Part shown: positions 18,971 to 30,236 of the stretch, one piece after another
How positions within the stretch are numbered: position 1 is the first letter of the stretch
Layout: the number at the start of each line of letters is the position of its first letter
NCBI GenBank assembly: GCA_001783695.1
Contig: MFNE01000046.1
Location: 30,143 to 94,142 of the forward strand
Direction of reading: 5' to 3'
DNA: 64,000 nt
Source of the DNA: Candidatus Lambdaproteobacteria bacterium RIFOXYD2_FULL_50_16
Lineage (GTDB): Bacteria; SAR324; XYD2-FULL-50-16
The notes under the pieces: generated by a model
Told to the model about the DNA's origin: nothing
Seen by the model: only the letters and a program-made list of their open reading frames with translations
Databases searched by the model: none
Translations under genes and position numbers: made by a program

Positions 18971-19606
18971 TTACCTGGAATAAAGTTCGACAATCAGCTG
19001 TTCTTGGATGGGAACCGCAATTTGTTCACGAGAGGGGTTATCCACCACCTTTCCCGAAAGCGTCTTGTGATCCACCGACAACCAAACGGGCACCAAACCC
19101 TTGCGGGCGGCAGCCTCACCAGCTTGAGCAATGGAGGCAATGTTTTTACTTTTTTCCCGAATGGTCAGTACATCGTCTTTTTTGACCATCGCCGAAGGGA
19201 TGTTACATTTCTCACCGTTAACCATAACATGGCTGTGTTTAACCAGCTGGCGTGCCTCTGCAAGGCTGCGCGCAAAACCCATGCGGAAAACGGTATTGTC
19301 CAAGCGCCGCTCTAAAAGGATCAACAGGTTTTCACCAGTCTTACCCTTGATGTGAGAAGCCTTTTCATAGGTTAAGCGAAACTGCTTTTCCAAAAGCCCA
19401 TAAAGGCGCTTGACCTTTTGCTTTTCACGCAACTGAATCCCATATTCGGAATGCTTAGCCCTTCTGGCGTTGGGGCCGTGCTGGCCCGGAGCGTAAGGTT
19501 TTTTGTCGACTGCGCATTTGTCCGAATAACAGCGGTCACCCTTTAAAAAGAGTTTCACCCGCTCTCGGCGGCAGAGTTTGCAGACGGCGTCTCGATACCT
19601 AGCCAC
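18971..19606 (-). CDS. rpsD: 30S ribosomal protein S4
   Basis: [15 protein letters not shown]... Confidence 0.95.
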   Translation of the reverse strand: MARYRDAVCKLCRRERVKLFLKGDRCYSDKCAVDKKPYAPGQHGPNARRAKHSEYGIQLREKQKVKRLYGLLEKQFRLTYEKASHIKGKTGENLLILLERRLDNTVFRMGFARSLAEARQLVKHSHVMVNGEKCNIPSAMVKKDDVLTIREKSKNIASIAQAGEAAARKGLVPVWLSVDHKTLSGKVVDNPSREQIAVPIQEQLIVELYSR

Positions 19607-19626
19607 GATTCTCCTTTAGATTCCTT

Positions 19627-20022
19627 TTAGATTCTTCTTCGTTTGGGCGGTCGGCAGCCGTTGTGCGGCACCGGGGTAATGTCTTTGATCCGGTTTACTT
19701 TGATCCCCGAATTCGCCACAGCCCGTAGCGCCGACTCACGACCCGATCCAGGGCCCTTAATCACAATGTCACAGGCCTTAAGCCCGTTTTCCATCCCTTT
19801 TTTGATAGCATCTTCACCCACTAAACGAGCAGCGTAGGGGGTGGATTTTCGGCTTCCCTTAAATCCATGTAGGCCCGTTGAGGACCACGCCACTACGTTA
19901 CCCGAGGGGTCGGTAACACTAACAATGGTATTGTTGAAGGTCGCGTTGATATATACAATACCCTGGGCGATATTTTTCTTTTCCTTCTTTTTCGCCCCTT
20001 TGCGCTTTACTGCTTTGGCCAT
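19627..20022 (-). CDS. rpsK: 30S ribosomal protein S11
   Basis: [24 protein letters not shown]. Confidence 0.95.
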   Translation of the reverse strand: MAKAVKRKGAKKKEKKNIAQGIVYINATFNNTIVSVTDPSGNVVAWSSTGLHGFKGSRKSTPYAARLVGEDAIKKGMENGLKACDIVIKGPGSGRESALRAVANSGIKVNRIKDITPVPHNGCRPPKRRRI

Positions 20023-20025
20023 GGC

Positions 20026-20391
20026 TTATTTCTTGTTGGCGATTTGAATGCGTTTGGGCCCCTTGCGGGTCCGAGCATTGGTCTTGGTACGCTGGCCGCG
20101 AGCGGGTAACCCGGCGCGGTGCCGCAAGCCGCGGTAGCAGCCGAGGTCTTTAAGCCGCTTAATGGCCATGTTCACCTCGCGCCGCAAATCACCCTCAACG
20201 GTCAAACCTTGGATGAGCTGGCGAATCTTGGAAACATCTTCTTCAGATAGATCCTTAACGCGGGTATCTTTGTTAACACCTGCCTGATCCAACAATTTTA
20301 CAGAAGAGGTACGACCAATCCCGTGGATGTAGGTCAGGCCAATTTCGACCCGTTTATTCAAGGGCAAGTCGATCCCTGCGATGCGTGCCAT
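20026..20391 (-). CDS. rpsM: 30S ribosomal protein S13
   Basis: [26 protein letters not shown]. Confidence 0.95.
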   Translation of the reverse strand: MARIAGIDLPLNKRVEIGLTYIHGIGRTSSVKLLDQAGVNKDTRVKDLSEEDVSKIRQLIQGLTVEGDLRREVNMAIKRLKDLGCYRGLRHRAGLPARGQRTKTNARTRKGPKRIQIANKK

Positions 20392-20395
20392 GCTG

Positions 20396-20509
20396 TTATC
20401 CTTGACGTTGTTTGTGCTTCGGGTTCTCGCAGATCACCCGAAGGATCCCTTTGCGTTTTACCATCTTGCATTTAGAGCAGATGGGCTTTACCGATGCTCG
20501 AACTTTCAT
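20396..20509 (-). CDS. rpmJ: 50S ribosomal protein L36
   Basis: Not in the ORF track because it is under 60 aa. Minus-strand translation gives [37 protein letters not shown], in the canonical position between rpsM and infA. Confidence 0.85.
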   Translation of the reverse strand: MKVRASVKPICSKCKMVKRKGILRVICENPKHKQRQG

Positions 20510-20560
20510 ATTGCCTCTCCGTCGGGCTAGGCCCGAAATGACTCAAACTAGCCTGACGGC

Positions 20561-20779
20561 CTATTTATTCCGATATATGATCCGCCCGCGGGTCAGATCG
20601 TATGGTGAAATCTCAACGGTAACTTTGTCGCCCGGTAGGATTCGGATATAATTCATCCTCATCTTTCCCGAGATATGGGCCAAAAGCACATGCTTGTTAT
20701 CGAGTTCTACCCGAAACATCGCATTGGGTAAGGCTTCTAACACCTTCCCTTCCATTTCAATCTGGTCTGCTTTGGACAA
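20561..20779 (-). CDS. infA: Translation initiation factor IF-1
   Basis: 72 aa. [31 protein letters not shown]. Confidence 0.95.
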   Translation of the reverse strand: MSKADQIEMEGKVLEALPNAMFRVELDNKHVLLAHISGKMRMNYIRILPGDKVTVEISPYDLTRGRIIYRNK

Positions 20780-20859
20780 TGTTCCTCTCGGCGGTCGGCA
20801 ACTTTCAAAATGTAATTCGTAAGGCTACCCGTCGATTACTGTTTTGGCAACCGTTTTTT

Positions 20860-21504
20860 TTAATGCCCTAAGGCGTTTAAGATTCTCAACGAAATTTCGT
20901 CAATATCCCCTTCTGCATGAACCGACGCCAGCCTACCGTCCTTGGCATAATACTGGGCCAAGGGAGCTGTTTGATTGTGATACGCCTCTAGGCGCACTCG
21001 AATACTTTTTTCTTGATCGTCGGGCCGTTGGGCCAGGGGTGCGCCGTCTTTGTCGCAAAACCCAGGCTTTTGGGGCGGTCGATGATCTACATGGTACTCT
21101 TCACCGCAGAGGGAGCAAACTCTCCGGCCTTTTAAGCGGGCCACAACCAATTCTGGATCAATCTCTAAATAAATAACCCTTTCTAAACTCTGGTCTTCCT
21201 TGGCAAGCATCTCGTCTAATGCTTCTGCTTGAACCAAGGTCCGAGGGAACCCATCCAAAATATAGCCTTCGTGACAATCGCTGGCCTTGATCCGCTGGTG
21301 TATCAGTCCTAAAATCAAATCGTCTGGAACCAATTGACCCTGATCCATATAGGATTGCGCTTTGGCCCCTAACGCGGTCTTATCTTTTATGGCCGCCCGT
21401 AACATATCACCCGTCGATAGCTGCGGGATCAATAACGTAGCTCCAGTTCGTTTGGACTGCGTGCCTTTGCCTGACCCAGGAGCTCCGAAAAATACGATCC
21501 TCAT
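20860..21504 (-). CDS. adk: Adenylate kinase (Zn-lid type)
   Basis: MRIVFFGAPGSGKGTQ P-loop. Lid carries CSLCGEEYH...CDKDG. Confidence 0.93.
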   Translation of the reverse strand: MRIVFFGAPGSGKGTQSKRTGATLLIPQLSTGDMLRAAIKDKTALGAKAQSYMDQGQLVPDDLILGLIHQRIKASDCHEGYILDGFPRTLVQAEALDEMLAKEDQSLERVIYLEIDPELVVARLKGRRVCSLCGEEYHVDHRPPQKPGFCDKDGAPLAQRPDDQEKSIRVRLEAYHNQTAPLAQYYAKDGRLASVHAEGDIDEISLRILNALGH

Positions 21505-21511
21505 AACGGGC

Positions 21512-22825
21512 CTAATATTGGCGACGGCGTTTTTTACTTTTCTTAATAAATCCGTCGTAATTTTGGTTCAGCAAAAAGGTTTCAATTTGCATCACCGTAT
21601 CTAATGCAACCCCTACCACAATCAAGACCGCCGTTCCGCCAAAGCTGAAAGGTACCTTGAAATAAACATACAAGATGCTGGGCATCACACAAATAATCGA
21701 CAAGTAAATCGCACCACCAAAGGTCAAACGAGTCAATACGATGTTGATATACTCAGCGGTCTTCGAACCTGGTCTTATCCCAGGAATAAAGCCCCCATGG
21801 CGCTTTAATTCTTCGGCGATTTTTACCGGGTTGTACTGAATGGCGGTATAAAAGAAGCAGAAGAAAAAAATCAGCATCACAAACACCGCATTGTACAAAA
21901 ACCGCCCAGGCATCAACTGATTACCAACCGACTGGACCCATTCGACTTGAGTGAAACTAGTAATAGTTGCCGGGAATGCTAACAAGCTCGAGGCAAAAAT
22001 CGGCGGGATCACGCCAGCGGCGTTGATCTTAAGGGGTAGGTGCGAATATTGCCCCCCAACCATTCTAGTGCCTTGCTGCCGTTTGGCGTATTGCACCGGT
22101 ATTTTCCGATTGGCCGTCTCAAAAAAGATGACGCTACCGATAACTAGCACAATAATAATTCCGACCAAGATCATAACAAACAAAGAGATATCGCCAGTAT
22201 TCATTAAGGACCAAGTTTGCAGGGTTGCCGCCGGAATCCCGGTGATAATACCTGCAAAAATAATCAATGAAATCCCGTTGCCAATCCCGCGTTCAGAGAT
22301 CTGCTCACCTACCCACATCACAAATGCGGTACCGGCGGTTAAGGTTAAAACCGTCATTCCCCTAAAGGCCCAGGTATTTATACCGGCAAGAACCACTTTA
22401 TTGCCACCCAGCCCCATCGATTCCAGGCCCACGGCAATGCCGTAACCTTGAATGATTGATAAAACGATGGTGCCGTAGCGGGTGTACTGTGTAATCTTGC
22501 GCCGACCTGCGTCCCCTTCTTTTTGCAACCGTTCTAAAACCGGGAAAACCGCGGTTAGAAGTTGAATAATGATGGAGGCAGAGATGTAAGGCATCACGCC
22601 TAAAGCAAAAATGGTCATGTTCGCTAGGGCACCGCCCGAAAACATGTCCAAATGCCCCAAGAGCCCTTTGGCGTTGGCTTGGAAAAACTCGCCTAAAGCA
22701 GTGGAATCAATACCAGGAATCGGGATGTGAGCGCCGATGCGAAACACCACCAACATCCCCAAGGTGAAGATAATCCGCTTGCGCAGCTCCTCTACCTTGA
22801 AGATATTACTGAAGACCTCAAGCAT
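21512..22825 (-). CDS. secY: Preprotein translocase subunit SecY
   Basis: 437 aa polytopic protein with SecY signature segments. Confidence 0.95.
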   Translation of the reverse strand: MLEVFSNIFKVEELRKRIIFTLGMLVVFRIGAHIPIPGIDSTALGEFFQANAKGLLGHLDMFSGGALANMTIFALGVMPYISASIIIQLLTAVFPVLERLQKEGDAGRRKITQYTRYGTIVLSIIQGYGIAVGLESMGLGGNKVVLAGINTWAFRGMTVLTLTAGTAFVMWVGEQISERGIGNGISLIIFAGIITGIPAATLQTWSLMNTGDISLFVMILVGIIIVLVIGSVIFFETANRKIPVQYAKRQQGTRMVGGQYSHLPLKINAAGVIPPIFASSLLAFPATITSFTQVEWVQSVGNQLMPGRFLYNAVFVMLIFFFCFFYTAIQYNPVKIAEELKRHGGFIPGIRPGSKTAEYINIVLTRLTFGGAIYLSIICVMPSILYVYFKVPFSFGGTAVLIVVGVALDTVMQIETFLLNQNYDGFIKKSKKRRRQY

Positions 22826-22828
22826 CCC

Positions 22829-23281
22829 CTAGCTCTCAAGCAGGGTCGCCTTTCCGCCGGCGGCCTCGATCTTTTGGGCGGCACTTTTCGAAAAGGCATG
22901 AGCTTCGATCTGAAGCGCTTCTTTAAGTTCGCCATCGCCTAATACCTTAACCAGCCCATCCCCTTTAGTCAGGAGACCTGCGGTCATCAAGGCATCTACC
23001 GTAATTAACGATTTACGATCAAGGTTCTCAGAGCTGATAATCGCATCTAAATTAACAATGCGAAATTCTCGGCGGAAAATATTAGTAAATCCCCGCTTCG
23101 GCAGCCGAATATGCAGGGGCATCTGCCCGCCTTCAAATCCGATCCGTTTGGTCGAGCCTGAGCGCGAAAGATAACCCTTATGCCCACGGCCAGAGGTTTT
23201 GCCAGTGCCCGATCCGGGGCCTCGGCCAATGCGTTTGCGGGGTTTTTTCGAACCTGGCGCGTTTTCCAGTTTGTGCAACAT
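22829..23281 (-). CDS. rplO: 50S ribosomal protein L15
   Basis: GRGPGSGTGKTSGRGHKG. Confidence 0.93.
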   Translation of the reverse strand: MLHKLENAPGSKKPRKRIGRGPGSGTGKTSGRGHKGYLSRSGSTKRIGFEGGQMPLHIRLPKRGFTNIFRREFRIVNLDAIISSENLDRKSLITVDALMTAGLLTKGDGLVKVLGDGELKEALQIEAHAFSKSAAQKIEAAGGKATLLES

Positions 23282-23299
23282 TGTCTGGGTCCTTCTTGA

Positions 23300-23482
23300 T
23301 TAAACCGTTTCCACCTCAACCATATGCGACACCTTCCGAATCATCCCCCGAACCTCAGGGGTATCCTTGAAAACGCGCTGCTGGCGGGTCTTTTTGAGTC
23401 CCAGTCCCTTGAGGTTTTCCTGCTGGTTCTGGTTAGCAGTGGCGAGGCCACGCTTTAAAGTAACTTTGATTTCGGCACTCAT
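23300..23482 (-). CDS. rpmD: 50S ribosomal protein L30
   Basis: 60 aa. IKVTLKRGLATANQNQQENLKGLGLKK. Confidence 0.9.
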   Translation of the reverse strand: MSAEIKVTLKRGLATANQNQQENLKGLGLKKTRQQRVFKDTPEVRGMIRKVSHMVEVETV

Positions 23483-23992
23483 TTAAAACTCCAAGGTGCT
23501 GACCTCTTCGGTCTTTTTGCCGCGACGGCGAGCAACATCAGAGAATGAAACCAATTGGCTCAGTCCGTCAATGGCAGAGCGCACGAGGTTGTGTGCGTTG
23601 CGCGAACCCAAGGCTTTAACGTTGATATCGTGAATCCCCATAGCTTCCACAACCGCCCGCACAGGACCCGCAGAGATGATACCAGAACCTGGAGGGCTCG
23701 GTTGCATCAACACACGAGAAGCCCCGTGATGACCCGTAACCTGGTGGGGAATGGTCGATTTGTATAGGGGATAACCATGCATGGTCTTCTTGGCTTGCTC
23801 AGTGGCCTTACGGACCGCTTCGATTACCTCGTTGGCCTTGCCTAAGCCCAGTCCCACTTGGCCCTGGCCGTCACCGACCACTACCAATGCGGAGAAACTG
23901 AACCGGCGACCACCCTTGACCACCTTGGATACCCGCTTAACTTCGATGACCTTCTCGATCAGTTCGCTTTTTTCTTTCTCAGCCAAAGTCAA
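23483..23992 (-). CDS. rpsE: 30S ribosomal protein S5
   Basis: 169 aa. [19 protein letters not shown]. Confidence 0.95.
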   Translation of the reverse strand: MTLAEKEKSELIEKVIEVKRVSKVVKGGRRFSFSALVVVGDGQGQVGLGLGKANEVIEAVRKATEQAKKTMHGYPLYKSTIPHQVTGHHGASRVLMQPSPPGSGIISAGPVRAVVEAMGIHDINVKALGSRNAHNLVRSAIDGLSQLVSFSDVARRRGKKTEEVSTLEF

Positions 23993-24007
23993 TCTCTCGG
24001 TTGCTGA

Positions 24008-24379
24008 TTAAAACTGGATGCCCGCTTCGCGGATACCATCGGCTAACGACTTAACGCGGCCATGATAAATATAGCCGTTGCGGTCGAAAACCACATTTTC
24101 AATGCCTTTTTCTTTAAGCATCAGGCCAAAGGCTTTGCCCACCGATTCGGCGGCATCCTTGTTGCCCGTTGCTCCTTCGATCCCTTTTTTGACCTCGCCG
24201 TTCAAGGTAGAACAATGAGCCAAGGTTTGCCCCTGGTCGTCGTCTATAGCTTGAACATAGATATGTTTTGCGCTTCGGAAAACGCTGATCCGGGGCTTTT
24301 GTGCGGTCCCGGTCATGTTTTTTCGAATATGGGCCTTCTTGCGCCCACGGGTCAGGATTCTTTTTTTGGACGATTCCAT
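24008..24379 (-). CDS. rplR: 50S ribosomal protein L18
   Basis: 123 aa. [19 protein letters not shown]. Confidence 0.93.
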   Translation of the reverse strand: MESSKKRILTRGRKKAHIRKNMTGTAQKPRISVFRSAKHIYVQAIDDDQGQTLAHCSTLNGEVKKGIEGATGNKDAAESVGKAFGLMLKEKGIENVVFDRNGYIYHGRVKSLADGIREAGIQF

Positions 24380-24393
24380 CTTGTTCCTTATGC

Positions 24394-24939
24394 CTATTTG
24401 GAGCCTTTACCGGCCTTACCTGCTTTGCGGCGAATCTTTTCGCCTGCGAAGAGGATCCCTTTGCCTTTGTAGGGCTCAGGTGGGCGGCGGCTGCGAATCT
24501 CTGCGCAGACCTGCCCAAGCGCTTGTTTATCGGGGCTGGAAAGCGTAATCTTAGTGTTGGCTTCAACCTCTCCCTTAACTTGGGCAGGCAACATATACTC
24601 TACTGGGTGCGAGTAGCCAAGGCTTAAGGTCAGTTTTTGACCTTGGGCCTGGGCGCGGTAACCTACGCCAACCAATTCGAGTTGTTTTTTGAAGCCATCG
24701 GTCACGCCGGTCACCATGTTTTTAATCAAGGAGCGAGCGGTACCACCTTGCATCTTCATTTCCGAATTCTCAAAGTCGACTTCAACCTGGATCTCTTCAG
24801 GCGAGATAGCCAGTTTAATCGATTCGGGTACCAAATAGCTCAGTTCCCCTTTGGGGCCCTTTAAGGTGAGCAATTGGTTTTTGAACTCTGCCTTAACCTT
24901 AGAGCCTAAGATTACCGGCAATTTACCCAGTCTGGACAT
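24394..24939 (-). CDS. rplF: 50S ribosomal protein L6
   Basis: 181 aa. MSRLGKLPV...LTLKGPKGEL. Confidence 0.95.
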   Translation of the reverse strand: MSRLGKLPVILGSKVKAEFKNQLLTLKGPKGELSYLVPESIKLAISPEEIQVEVDFENSEMKMQGGTARSLIKNMVTGVTDGFKKQLELVGVGYRAQAQGQKLTLSLGYSHPVEYMLPAQVKGEVEANTKITLSSPDKQALGQVCAEIRSRRPPEPYKGKGILFAGEKIRRKAGKAGKGSK

Positions 24940-24956
24940 GGAAATCTCTCCTTCTA

Positions 24957-25355
24957 TTAATAGACTGCGCAGAGGACTTCACCACCAACCTTCGCTTTGC
25001 GGCATGCATTATCACTAAGCACGCCATGCGAGGTGGAAATGATATAGATCCCTTGGCCGTTCATCAACGGTTTTAACTCGTCCACACCTTTGTGGATGCG
25101 CAATCCAGGCTTTGAAACCCGGTCGATCTTTCGAATCACCGAGGTGCCTTTCGAATCGTATTTAAGCTGGATCGTTAAGTTTTGACCCACTCGGGCGTCT
25201 TCAACTTTGTAGTCACCAACGAACCCTTCTTCCTTAAGCACCCTCGATATGTTTTCCTTAATACTGGAAAACGGGACCGATACAGATCGGTGTTCCCTGA
25301 GAATGGCGTTGCGGATGCGGGTTAGCATATCCGCGATGGGATCAGACATGGACAT
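24957..25355 (-). CDS. rpsH: 30S ribosomal protein S8
   Basis: 132 aa. MSDPIADMLTRIRNA. Confidence 0.95.
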   Translation of the reverse strand: MSMSDPIADMLTRIRNAILREHRSVSVPFSSIKENISRVLKEEGFVGDYKVEDARVGQNLTIQLKYDSKGTSVIRKIDRVSKPGLRIHKGVDELKPLMNGQGIYIISTSHGVLSDNACRKAKVGGEVLCAVY

Positions 25356-25401
25356 ATCTTTACTCCGGTCCTTTTTTTTCTATTGGGGTCAAATTCTTTG
25401 G

Positions 25402-25587
25402 CTACCAGCTCGACTTGAGCACGCCCGGCAATTGGCCAAAACCGGCCCTTTGACGAAAACAAATCCGGCAAATGCCAAATTTACGGATATAACCACGAGG
25501 GCGTCCACAGCAATTGCAGCGGTTGCGCGCGCGTACCTGAAACTTTTGGGGCCGGGCGGCCTTAGCGATCGCCGATTTCTTTGCCAT
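25402..25587 (-). CDS. rpsN: 30S ribosomal protein S14, type Z (zinc-ribbon)
   Basis: 61 aa. [20 protein letters not shown]. Confidence 0.93.
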   Translation of the reverse strand: MAKKSAIAKAARPQKFQVRARNRCNCCGRPRGYIRKFGICRICFRQRAGFGQLPGVLKSSW

Positions 25588-25590
25588 CTT

Positions 25591-26130
25591 CTATTTCCTA
25601 AAAGGGAGTCCTAATTCAGCAAGTAACGTCCTTGCCTCATCATCCGTTTTTGCTGTGGTAACAATGGTGATGTTCATACCCCGAACCTGATCGATCTTGT
25701 CGAAATTGATCTCGGGGAACACCAACTGTTCCTTAATGCCTAGGCTGTAGTTACCCCGTCCATCAAAAGCGCGGGGGCTAATTCCCTTGAAGTCGCGTAC
25801 CCTGGGTAGAGCACTAGCAATCAACCGGTCCAAAAATTCGTACATTCTCTGCCGCCTAAGGGTAACCATCACACCGATGGGGTGACCCTCGCGCAGTTTA
25901 AACCCGGCGATGGACTTCTTTGCCTTGCGCTGGATTGGCCGCTGACCTGAAATATCGGTAATATATTCAGCTATAACATCCAAACACTTGACGTTTTGCA
26001 CGGCTTCACCAGCACCTACGTTAATCACCACCTTGGTGACCTTGGGGATCTGATGCGCGTTTTTGTAGCCAAATTGCTCCTTAAGTTTAGGGGCGATTTC
26101 AGCTTTGTATTTTTCCTGTAGCCTAGACAC
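25591..26130 (-). CDS. rplE: 50S ribosomal protein L5
   Basis: 179 aa. [12 protein letters not shown]... Confidence 0.95.
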   Translation of the reverse strand: MSRLQEKYKAEIAPKLKEQFGYKNAHQIPKVTKVVINVGAGEAVQNVKCLDVIAEYITDISGQRPIQRKAKKSIAGFKLREGHPIGVMVTLRRQRMYEFLDRLIASALPRVRDFKGISPRAFDGRGNYSLGIKEQLVFPEINFDKIDQVRGMNITIVTTAKTDDEARTLLAELGLPFRK

Positions 26131-26138
26131 TGGATTCC

Positions 26139-26477
26139 TTAGTCTGCGGAGATGTTCGATTGAGCAAAAACCCGGGTCTTAGTCCCGTCGTCGTTTGCCC
26201 GGATCTTAAGTCGCTCGCCTTTACCGCTACTTTCACAAAACAGCAGCACATTCGAATAGTGGATGGGGGCCTCGAATTTCTCGATGCGCCCTTCCTGGTT
26301 AGTGGCGTTAGGCTTAATATGTTTAGTGGCGATGTTGACCCCTTCTACGGTAATCCGCATCTTTACGCGGTCAACGGCGAGCACTTTGCCCTTTTGACCC
26401 CGGTCTTTGCCGGAGATCACTTGGACTAAATCGCCTTTTTTAAGCAACAACTTTTGCTTAGTTTGGTTCTGTTTCAT
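26139..26477 (-). CDS. rplX: 50S ribosomal protein L24
   Basis: KOW motif [23 protein letters not shown]. Confidence 0.9.
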   Translation of the reverse strand: MKQNQTKQKLLLKKGDLVQVISGKDRGQKGKVLAVDRVKMRITVEGVNIATKHIKPNATNQEGRIEKFEAPIHYSNVLLFCESSGKGERLKIRANDDGTKTRVFAQSNISAD

Positions 26478-26492
26478 CGGTTCCTTTTTCCC

Positions 26493-26861
26493 TTAAACCA
26501 CTTCGGGGGCCAGAGAGACAATCTTCATGAAGTTTTTGGCCCGAAGTTCGCGAGCCACCGGTCCGAAGATCCGGGTGCCAATGGGTTCAAGCTTGGCGGA
26601 CAAAATCACGGCGGCGTTATCGTCAAAACGGATCACAGAGCCATCGGGTCGTTGAACCTGATACGCGGTGCGAACAATTACCGCTTTTACCACGTCTCCA
26701 GCTTTAACCTTGCCACCAGGAGTGGCCTGCTTTACAGATGCCACAATCAGGTCGCCAGGATGAGCATAGCGCCGATGCGAGCCGCCCAATACCTTGATAC
26801 ACATGATCTTCTTGGCGCCCGAGTTATCGGCCACGTCGATGCGGGATTCGGTTTGAATCAT
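26493..26861 (-). CDS. rplN: 50S ribosomal protein L14
   Basis: [18 protein letters not shown]. Confidence 0.95.
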   Translation of the reverse strand: MIQTESRIDVADNSGAKKIMCIKVLGGSHRRYAHPGDLIVASVKQATPGGKVKAGDVVKAVIVRTAYQVQRPDGSVIRFDDNAAVILSAKLEPIGTRIFGPVARELRAKNFMKIVSLAPEVV

Positions 26862-26891
26862 CTTAAATACTCTCTGTTAAACCGTTGGTGC

Positions 26892-27155
26892 TTATACAGC
26901 TTTTTCGACCACTTCTAAGAGCCGCCAGCATTTGTCTTTACTCATAGGCCGACACTCGATCAGGCGAACCCGATCCCCGGTAACGCATTGGTTCGATTCG
27001 TCGTGAATCTTGTATTTTTTGGTCTTGCGCACCGTTCGTTTGTACAAGGAGTGCTGGAACGTCCGTTCTACCAAAACGGTAGCGGTTTTATCCATTTTGT
27101 CCGAGACCACTACGCCTTGGAGCACTTTTTTGCGTCGTTCTATCTTATCGCTCAT
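26892..27155 (-). CDS. rpsQ: 30S ribosomal protein S17
   Basis: 87 aa. LQGVVVSDKMDKTATVLVER. Confidence 0.93.
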   Translation of the reverse strand: MSDKIERRKKVLQGVVVSDKMDKTATVLVERTFQHSLYKRTVRKTKKYKIHDESNQCVTGDRVRLIECRPMSKDKCWRLLEVVEKAV

Positions 27156-27349
27156 GCTTCTACCAGTTGCTTCTCTCTAAGGACCGTTTTGGCCCGGGCA
27201 ATGTCTCTTCTGGCCTTTTTAATGGCCGAACTATCTTCTAACTGACCTAAGGTTTTGTTACAGTGGAGGCGAAAAATATTTTCTTCCAAAGCAACAATCT
27301 TGTCTGCCAGCTCTTTTTGGCTCAACTCGCGGAACTCTCCGGGTTTCAT
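27152..27349 (-). CDS. rpmC: 50S ribosomal protein L29
   Basis: 65 aa, typical L29 helical protein. Overlaps the rpsQ start by 4 nt. Confidence 0.9.
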   Translation of the reverse strand: MKPGEFRELSQKELADKIVALEENIFRLHCNKTLGQLEDSSAIKKARRDIARAKTVLREKQLVEA

Positions 27350-27351
27350 GA

Positions 27352-27762
27352 CTAATCCTCACGAACGATAATGGTGGTCTTGACCGACAACTTATGTTGG
27401 GCCAAGCGAAAGGCCTCGCGGGCCACCTTCTCATCTACCCCGTCGATTTCGAACAGGATCCGTCCTGGCTTAACAACAGCTACCCAATGATCTACCGAGC
27501 CTTTACCTTTTCCCATCCGGGTTTCAGCCGGTTTGGCGCTGATCGGTTTATCTGGAAACAACCGAATCCAAATCTTCCCGTCCCGTTTTACGTGGCGAGT
27601 CATCGCGCGTCGGCTGGCTTCGATCTGGCGGCTAGTAACAAAGCCGCGATCAATAGCTTGAATGGCCAAGCTGCCGAAGTTGATCTCGTTACCGGTGCTC
27701 GCCTCGCCGCGGTTGCGGCCTTTCTGGCGTTTCCGATACTTGGTTTTCGAAGGCATCAACAT
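27352..27762 (-). CDS. rplP: 50S ribosomal protein L16
   Basis: [16 protein letters not shown]. Confidence 0.95.
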   Translation of the reverse strand: MLMPSKTKYRKRQKGRNRGEASTGNEINFGSLAIQAIDRGFVTSRQIEASRRAMTRHVKRDGKIWIRLFPDKPISAKPAETRMGKGKGSVDHWVAVVKPGRILFEIDGVDEKVAREAFRLAQHKLSVKTTIIVRED

Positions 27763-27764
27763 GG

Positions 27765-28448
27765 TTAATTCTCCTTAACACCAGGCTTTTTGCGCCGTTT
27801 TTTGACCTGCGCTTGCGGGGTCACGGCTTTATTTTCTTTGAAGATCCAAACCTTGACCCCAAGCAGGCCATAAACGGTTTGAGCTTCACAAACTGCGTAA
27901 TCAATCTCAGCCTTCAAGGTGTGCAAGGGAACCCGACCCTCGTGGGTCCATTCGGTCCGTGCCATCTCGGCGCCGTTAAGCCGCCCGGCTACCATAATTT
28001 TGCAACCGCCTACGTTGTAGCGCATGACGTTTTGCAAGGTCTTTTTCATTACCCGGCGGAAGGCTACGCGCCGTTCAAGCTGCTGAGCAATCGAGTCAGC
28101 TACTAACTGAGCTTCGGTCTCGGGCCGTCGAATCTCTTTAATGTTGACCACTAGGTCGTTTTGTCCAACTAAGCGGCACAAGCTTTGTTTAACCTTCTCT
28201 GCTTCCTCGCCCTTGCGGCCAATGATGATGCCAGGGCGAGCTGCATGGATGTAAACACGCAAGCTTTTAGCGGCCCGTTCGACCTCAACCTTAGCGACAC
28301 CAGCATGTTTGAGATGCTTACGGATATAGTCGCTGATCTTGAAGTCTTGTTGTAACTGGCTTGCATAGTCTTTCTCTGCATACCAGTTAGATTGCCAAGT
28401 TCGGTTGATCCCCAGGCGAAGCCCAATGGGGTTGACTTTCTGTCCCAA
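27765..28448 (-). CDS. rpsC: 30S ribosomal protein S3
   Basis: [18 protein letters not shown]. Confidence 0.95.
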   Translation of the reverse strand: MGQKVNPIGLRLGINRTWQSNWYAEKDYASQLQQDFKISDYIRKHLKHAGVAKVEVERAAKSLRVYIHAARPGIIIGRKGEEAEKVKQSLCRLVGQNDLVVNIKEIRRPETEAQLVADSIAQQLERRVAFRRVMKKTLQNVMRYNVGGCKIMVAGRLNGAEMARTEWTHEGRVPLHTLKAEIDYAVCEAQTVYGLLGVKVWIFKENKAVTPQAQVKKRRKKPGVKEN

Positions 28449-28462
28449 AACTTCTCCTTGTG

Positions 28463-28807
28463 TTAGCCTACTGACAGCCGAATATGGCTGCCTTTTTTCT
28501 GGATCTGCATCCCTCGCCCCATGGCGCGGGCCCGAAGCCGTTTAATAACCTTGCCCTGATCAACCCTCGCTTCAGTAACTATCAAGTCGTCAGGGTTGAT
28601 CGACTTATTTTTTTCCACAGCGTTAGCAATAGCCGACTGCAACACCTTTTGTACGATGGGGTTGCTTGACCGATGCTGACTTTCTAAAATCGCCAAGGCC
28701 TGAACCACTTTCAGTCCGCGAATCTGGTCGATCACCATGCGTGCCTTGCGGGGAGCAATATGGGTTCCCTTCGCAGTAGCACTGGCGATATGCTTGCGCT
28801 CAGCCAT
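28463..28807 (-). CDS. rplV: 50S ribosomal protein L22
   Basis: 114 aa with L22 pattern. Confidence 0.93.
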   Translation of the reverse strand: MAERKHIASATAKGTHIAPRKARMVIDQIRGLKVVQALAILESQHRSSNPIVQKVLQSAIANAVEKNKSINPDDLIVTEARVDQGKVIKRLRARAMGRGMQIQKKGSHIRLSVG

Positions 28808-29088
28808 TATTTTTTCCCTCGTTTATCGGACTTGCCAACATGGCCTCTATAAGTCCGGGTCGGCGAAAATTCACCAAATTTGTGTCCCACCATGTTTTCA
28901 GTTACGAAAATGGGAACAAACAACTTGCCGTTGTGAACGGCTACGTTAAGACCGACAAAGTCGGGCATGATGACCGAGCGACGCGACCAAGTCTTGATCA
29001 CCTTGCGGTCACCCGCATCCTTAGCAACGATACACTTCTTATAGAGATGTTCGTCCACAAAGGGCCCTTTTTTTAACGATCTGGGCAT
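28807..29088 (-). CDS. rpsS: 30S ribosomal protein S19
   Basis: [15 protein letters not shown]. Confidence 0.95.
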   Translation of the reverse strand: MPRSLKKGPFVDEHLYKKCIVAKDAGDRKVIKTWSRRSVIMPDFVGLNVAVHNGKLFVPIFVTENMVGHKFGEFSPTRTYRGHVGKSDKRGKK

Positions 29089-29102
29089 CTTACTCCTTTC
29101 CT

Positions 29103-29924
29103 TTAATTCGCACGAGATACGATGAAGCGACTGCTACGCTTATTTTTCCTAGTTTTAGCCCCTTTAGTCGGCTTGCCCCAAGGGGTAACCGGGTGGCGTC
29201 CACCACTGGTTCGGCCTTCGCCACCACCGTGAGGGTGATCCACCGGGTTCATAGCCACCCCTCTAACCGTGGGGCGTCGTCCTAGGTAGCGCGACTTACC
29301 AGCCTTGCCAAGCTTAATCAACGAGTGTTCGTTGTTCCCGACCTGACCGATGGTAGCTAAACAATCTAAATGAACCAGCCGAACCTCTCCACTGCGCATT
29401 TTAATCTGTGCATATTTAACATCCTTAGCCATCAAAGTAGCAAAGGTGCCAGCAGAGCGAGCGATCTGACCGCCCTTTAGGGGTTTGAGTTCCACGTTGT
29501 GGATCTCGGTGCCCAAGGGAATATTTTTGACAGCTAGGCAGTTGCCTACTTTAATCTCCACCCCTTCGCCAGAAACTAGGGTCTCACCCACGGTGATCCC
29601 TAGCGGGGCCAAGATATAGCGTTTCTCGCCGTCCACATAGTGGATCAGGGCAATGCGTGCGGAGCGACTGGGGTCATATTCAATGGCCGCCACTTTCCCT
29701 GGTACGCCAAACTTGTTGCGCTTAAAATCGATAATCCGATAGCGCTGTTTGTGCCCACCGCCGTTGCGACGAACCGTGATCCGGCCATTGTTATTGCGGC
29801 CAGACTTTCGGGTCTTCGGGCTCAGGAGACTTTTTTCAGGGGTTGACTTGGTAATCTCGTCAAATCCCGAAACGCTCATCCCGCGCCGACCTGGCGAGGT
29901 AGGTTTGTATTTCTTGATGCTCAT
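29103..29924 (-). CDS. rplB: 50S ribosomal protein L2
   Basis: 273 aa. [23 protein letters not shown]. Confidence 0.95.
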   Translation of the reverse strand: MSIKKYKPTSPGRRGMSVSGFDEITKSTPEKSLLSPKTRKSGRNNNGRITVRRNGGGHKQRYRIIDFKRNKFGVPGKVAAIEYDPSRSARIALIHYVDGEKRYILAPLGITVGETLVSGEGVEIKVGNCLAVKNIPLGTEIHNVELKPLKGGQIARSAGTFATLMAKDVKYAQIKMRSGEVRLVHLDCLATIGQVGNNEHSLIKLGKAGKSRYLGRRPTVRGVAMNPVDHPHGGGEGRTSGGRHPVTPWGKPTKGAKTRKNKRSSRFIVSRAN

Positions 29925-29945
29925 GACCTAATCTCTTGGCTACGC

Positions 29946-30236
29946 TTAAGCGCCTTCGAAGTATTCAATGTTGTCACCTTCTTTTAGGGTGACAATGGCC
30001 TTTTTCCAGTCGGAACGCTTGCCTTCACGAAGGCCCAAGCGCTTGGATTTGCCCTTAACGTTAACGGTGCTGATCTTCTCTACAGTGACCCCAAAAATGG
30101 ACTCAATCGCCCTTTTTAGTTCCACTTTGTTGGCTCCTACAGCTACCTTAAAAACCACTTTGTTTTCGGTCTCTTTTTGTAACAAAACCTTTTCAGTGAT
30201 ATGTGGCTGCTTGATCAAGGTAAATTGGCTTCTCAT
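29946..30236 (-). CDS. rplW: 50S ribosomal protein L23
   Basis: 96 aa with L23 pattern. Confidence 0.9.
   Translation of the reverse strand: MRSQFTLIKQPHITEKVLLQKETENKVVFKVAVGANKVELKRAIESIFGVTVEKISTVNVKGKSKRLGLREGKRSDWKKAIVTLKEGDNIEYFEGA

Noticed and set aside
21951-22445. 164-aa plus-strand ORF inside secY and many similar 60-120-aa ORFs antisense to ribosomal protein genes (e.g. 24062-24472, 24114-24566, 26454-26918, 31099-31578)
   Set aside because: They are fully embedded antisense within highly conserved, confidently identified genes. They show no homology signal.
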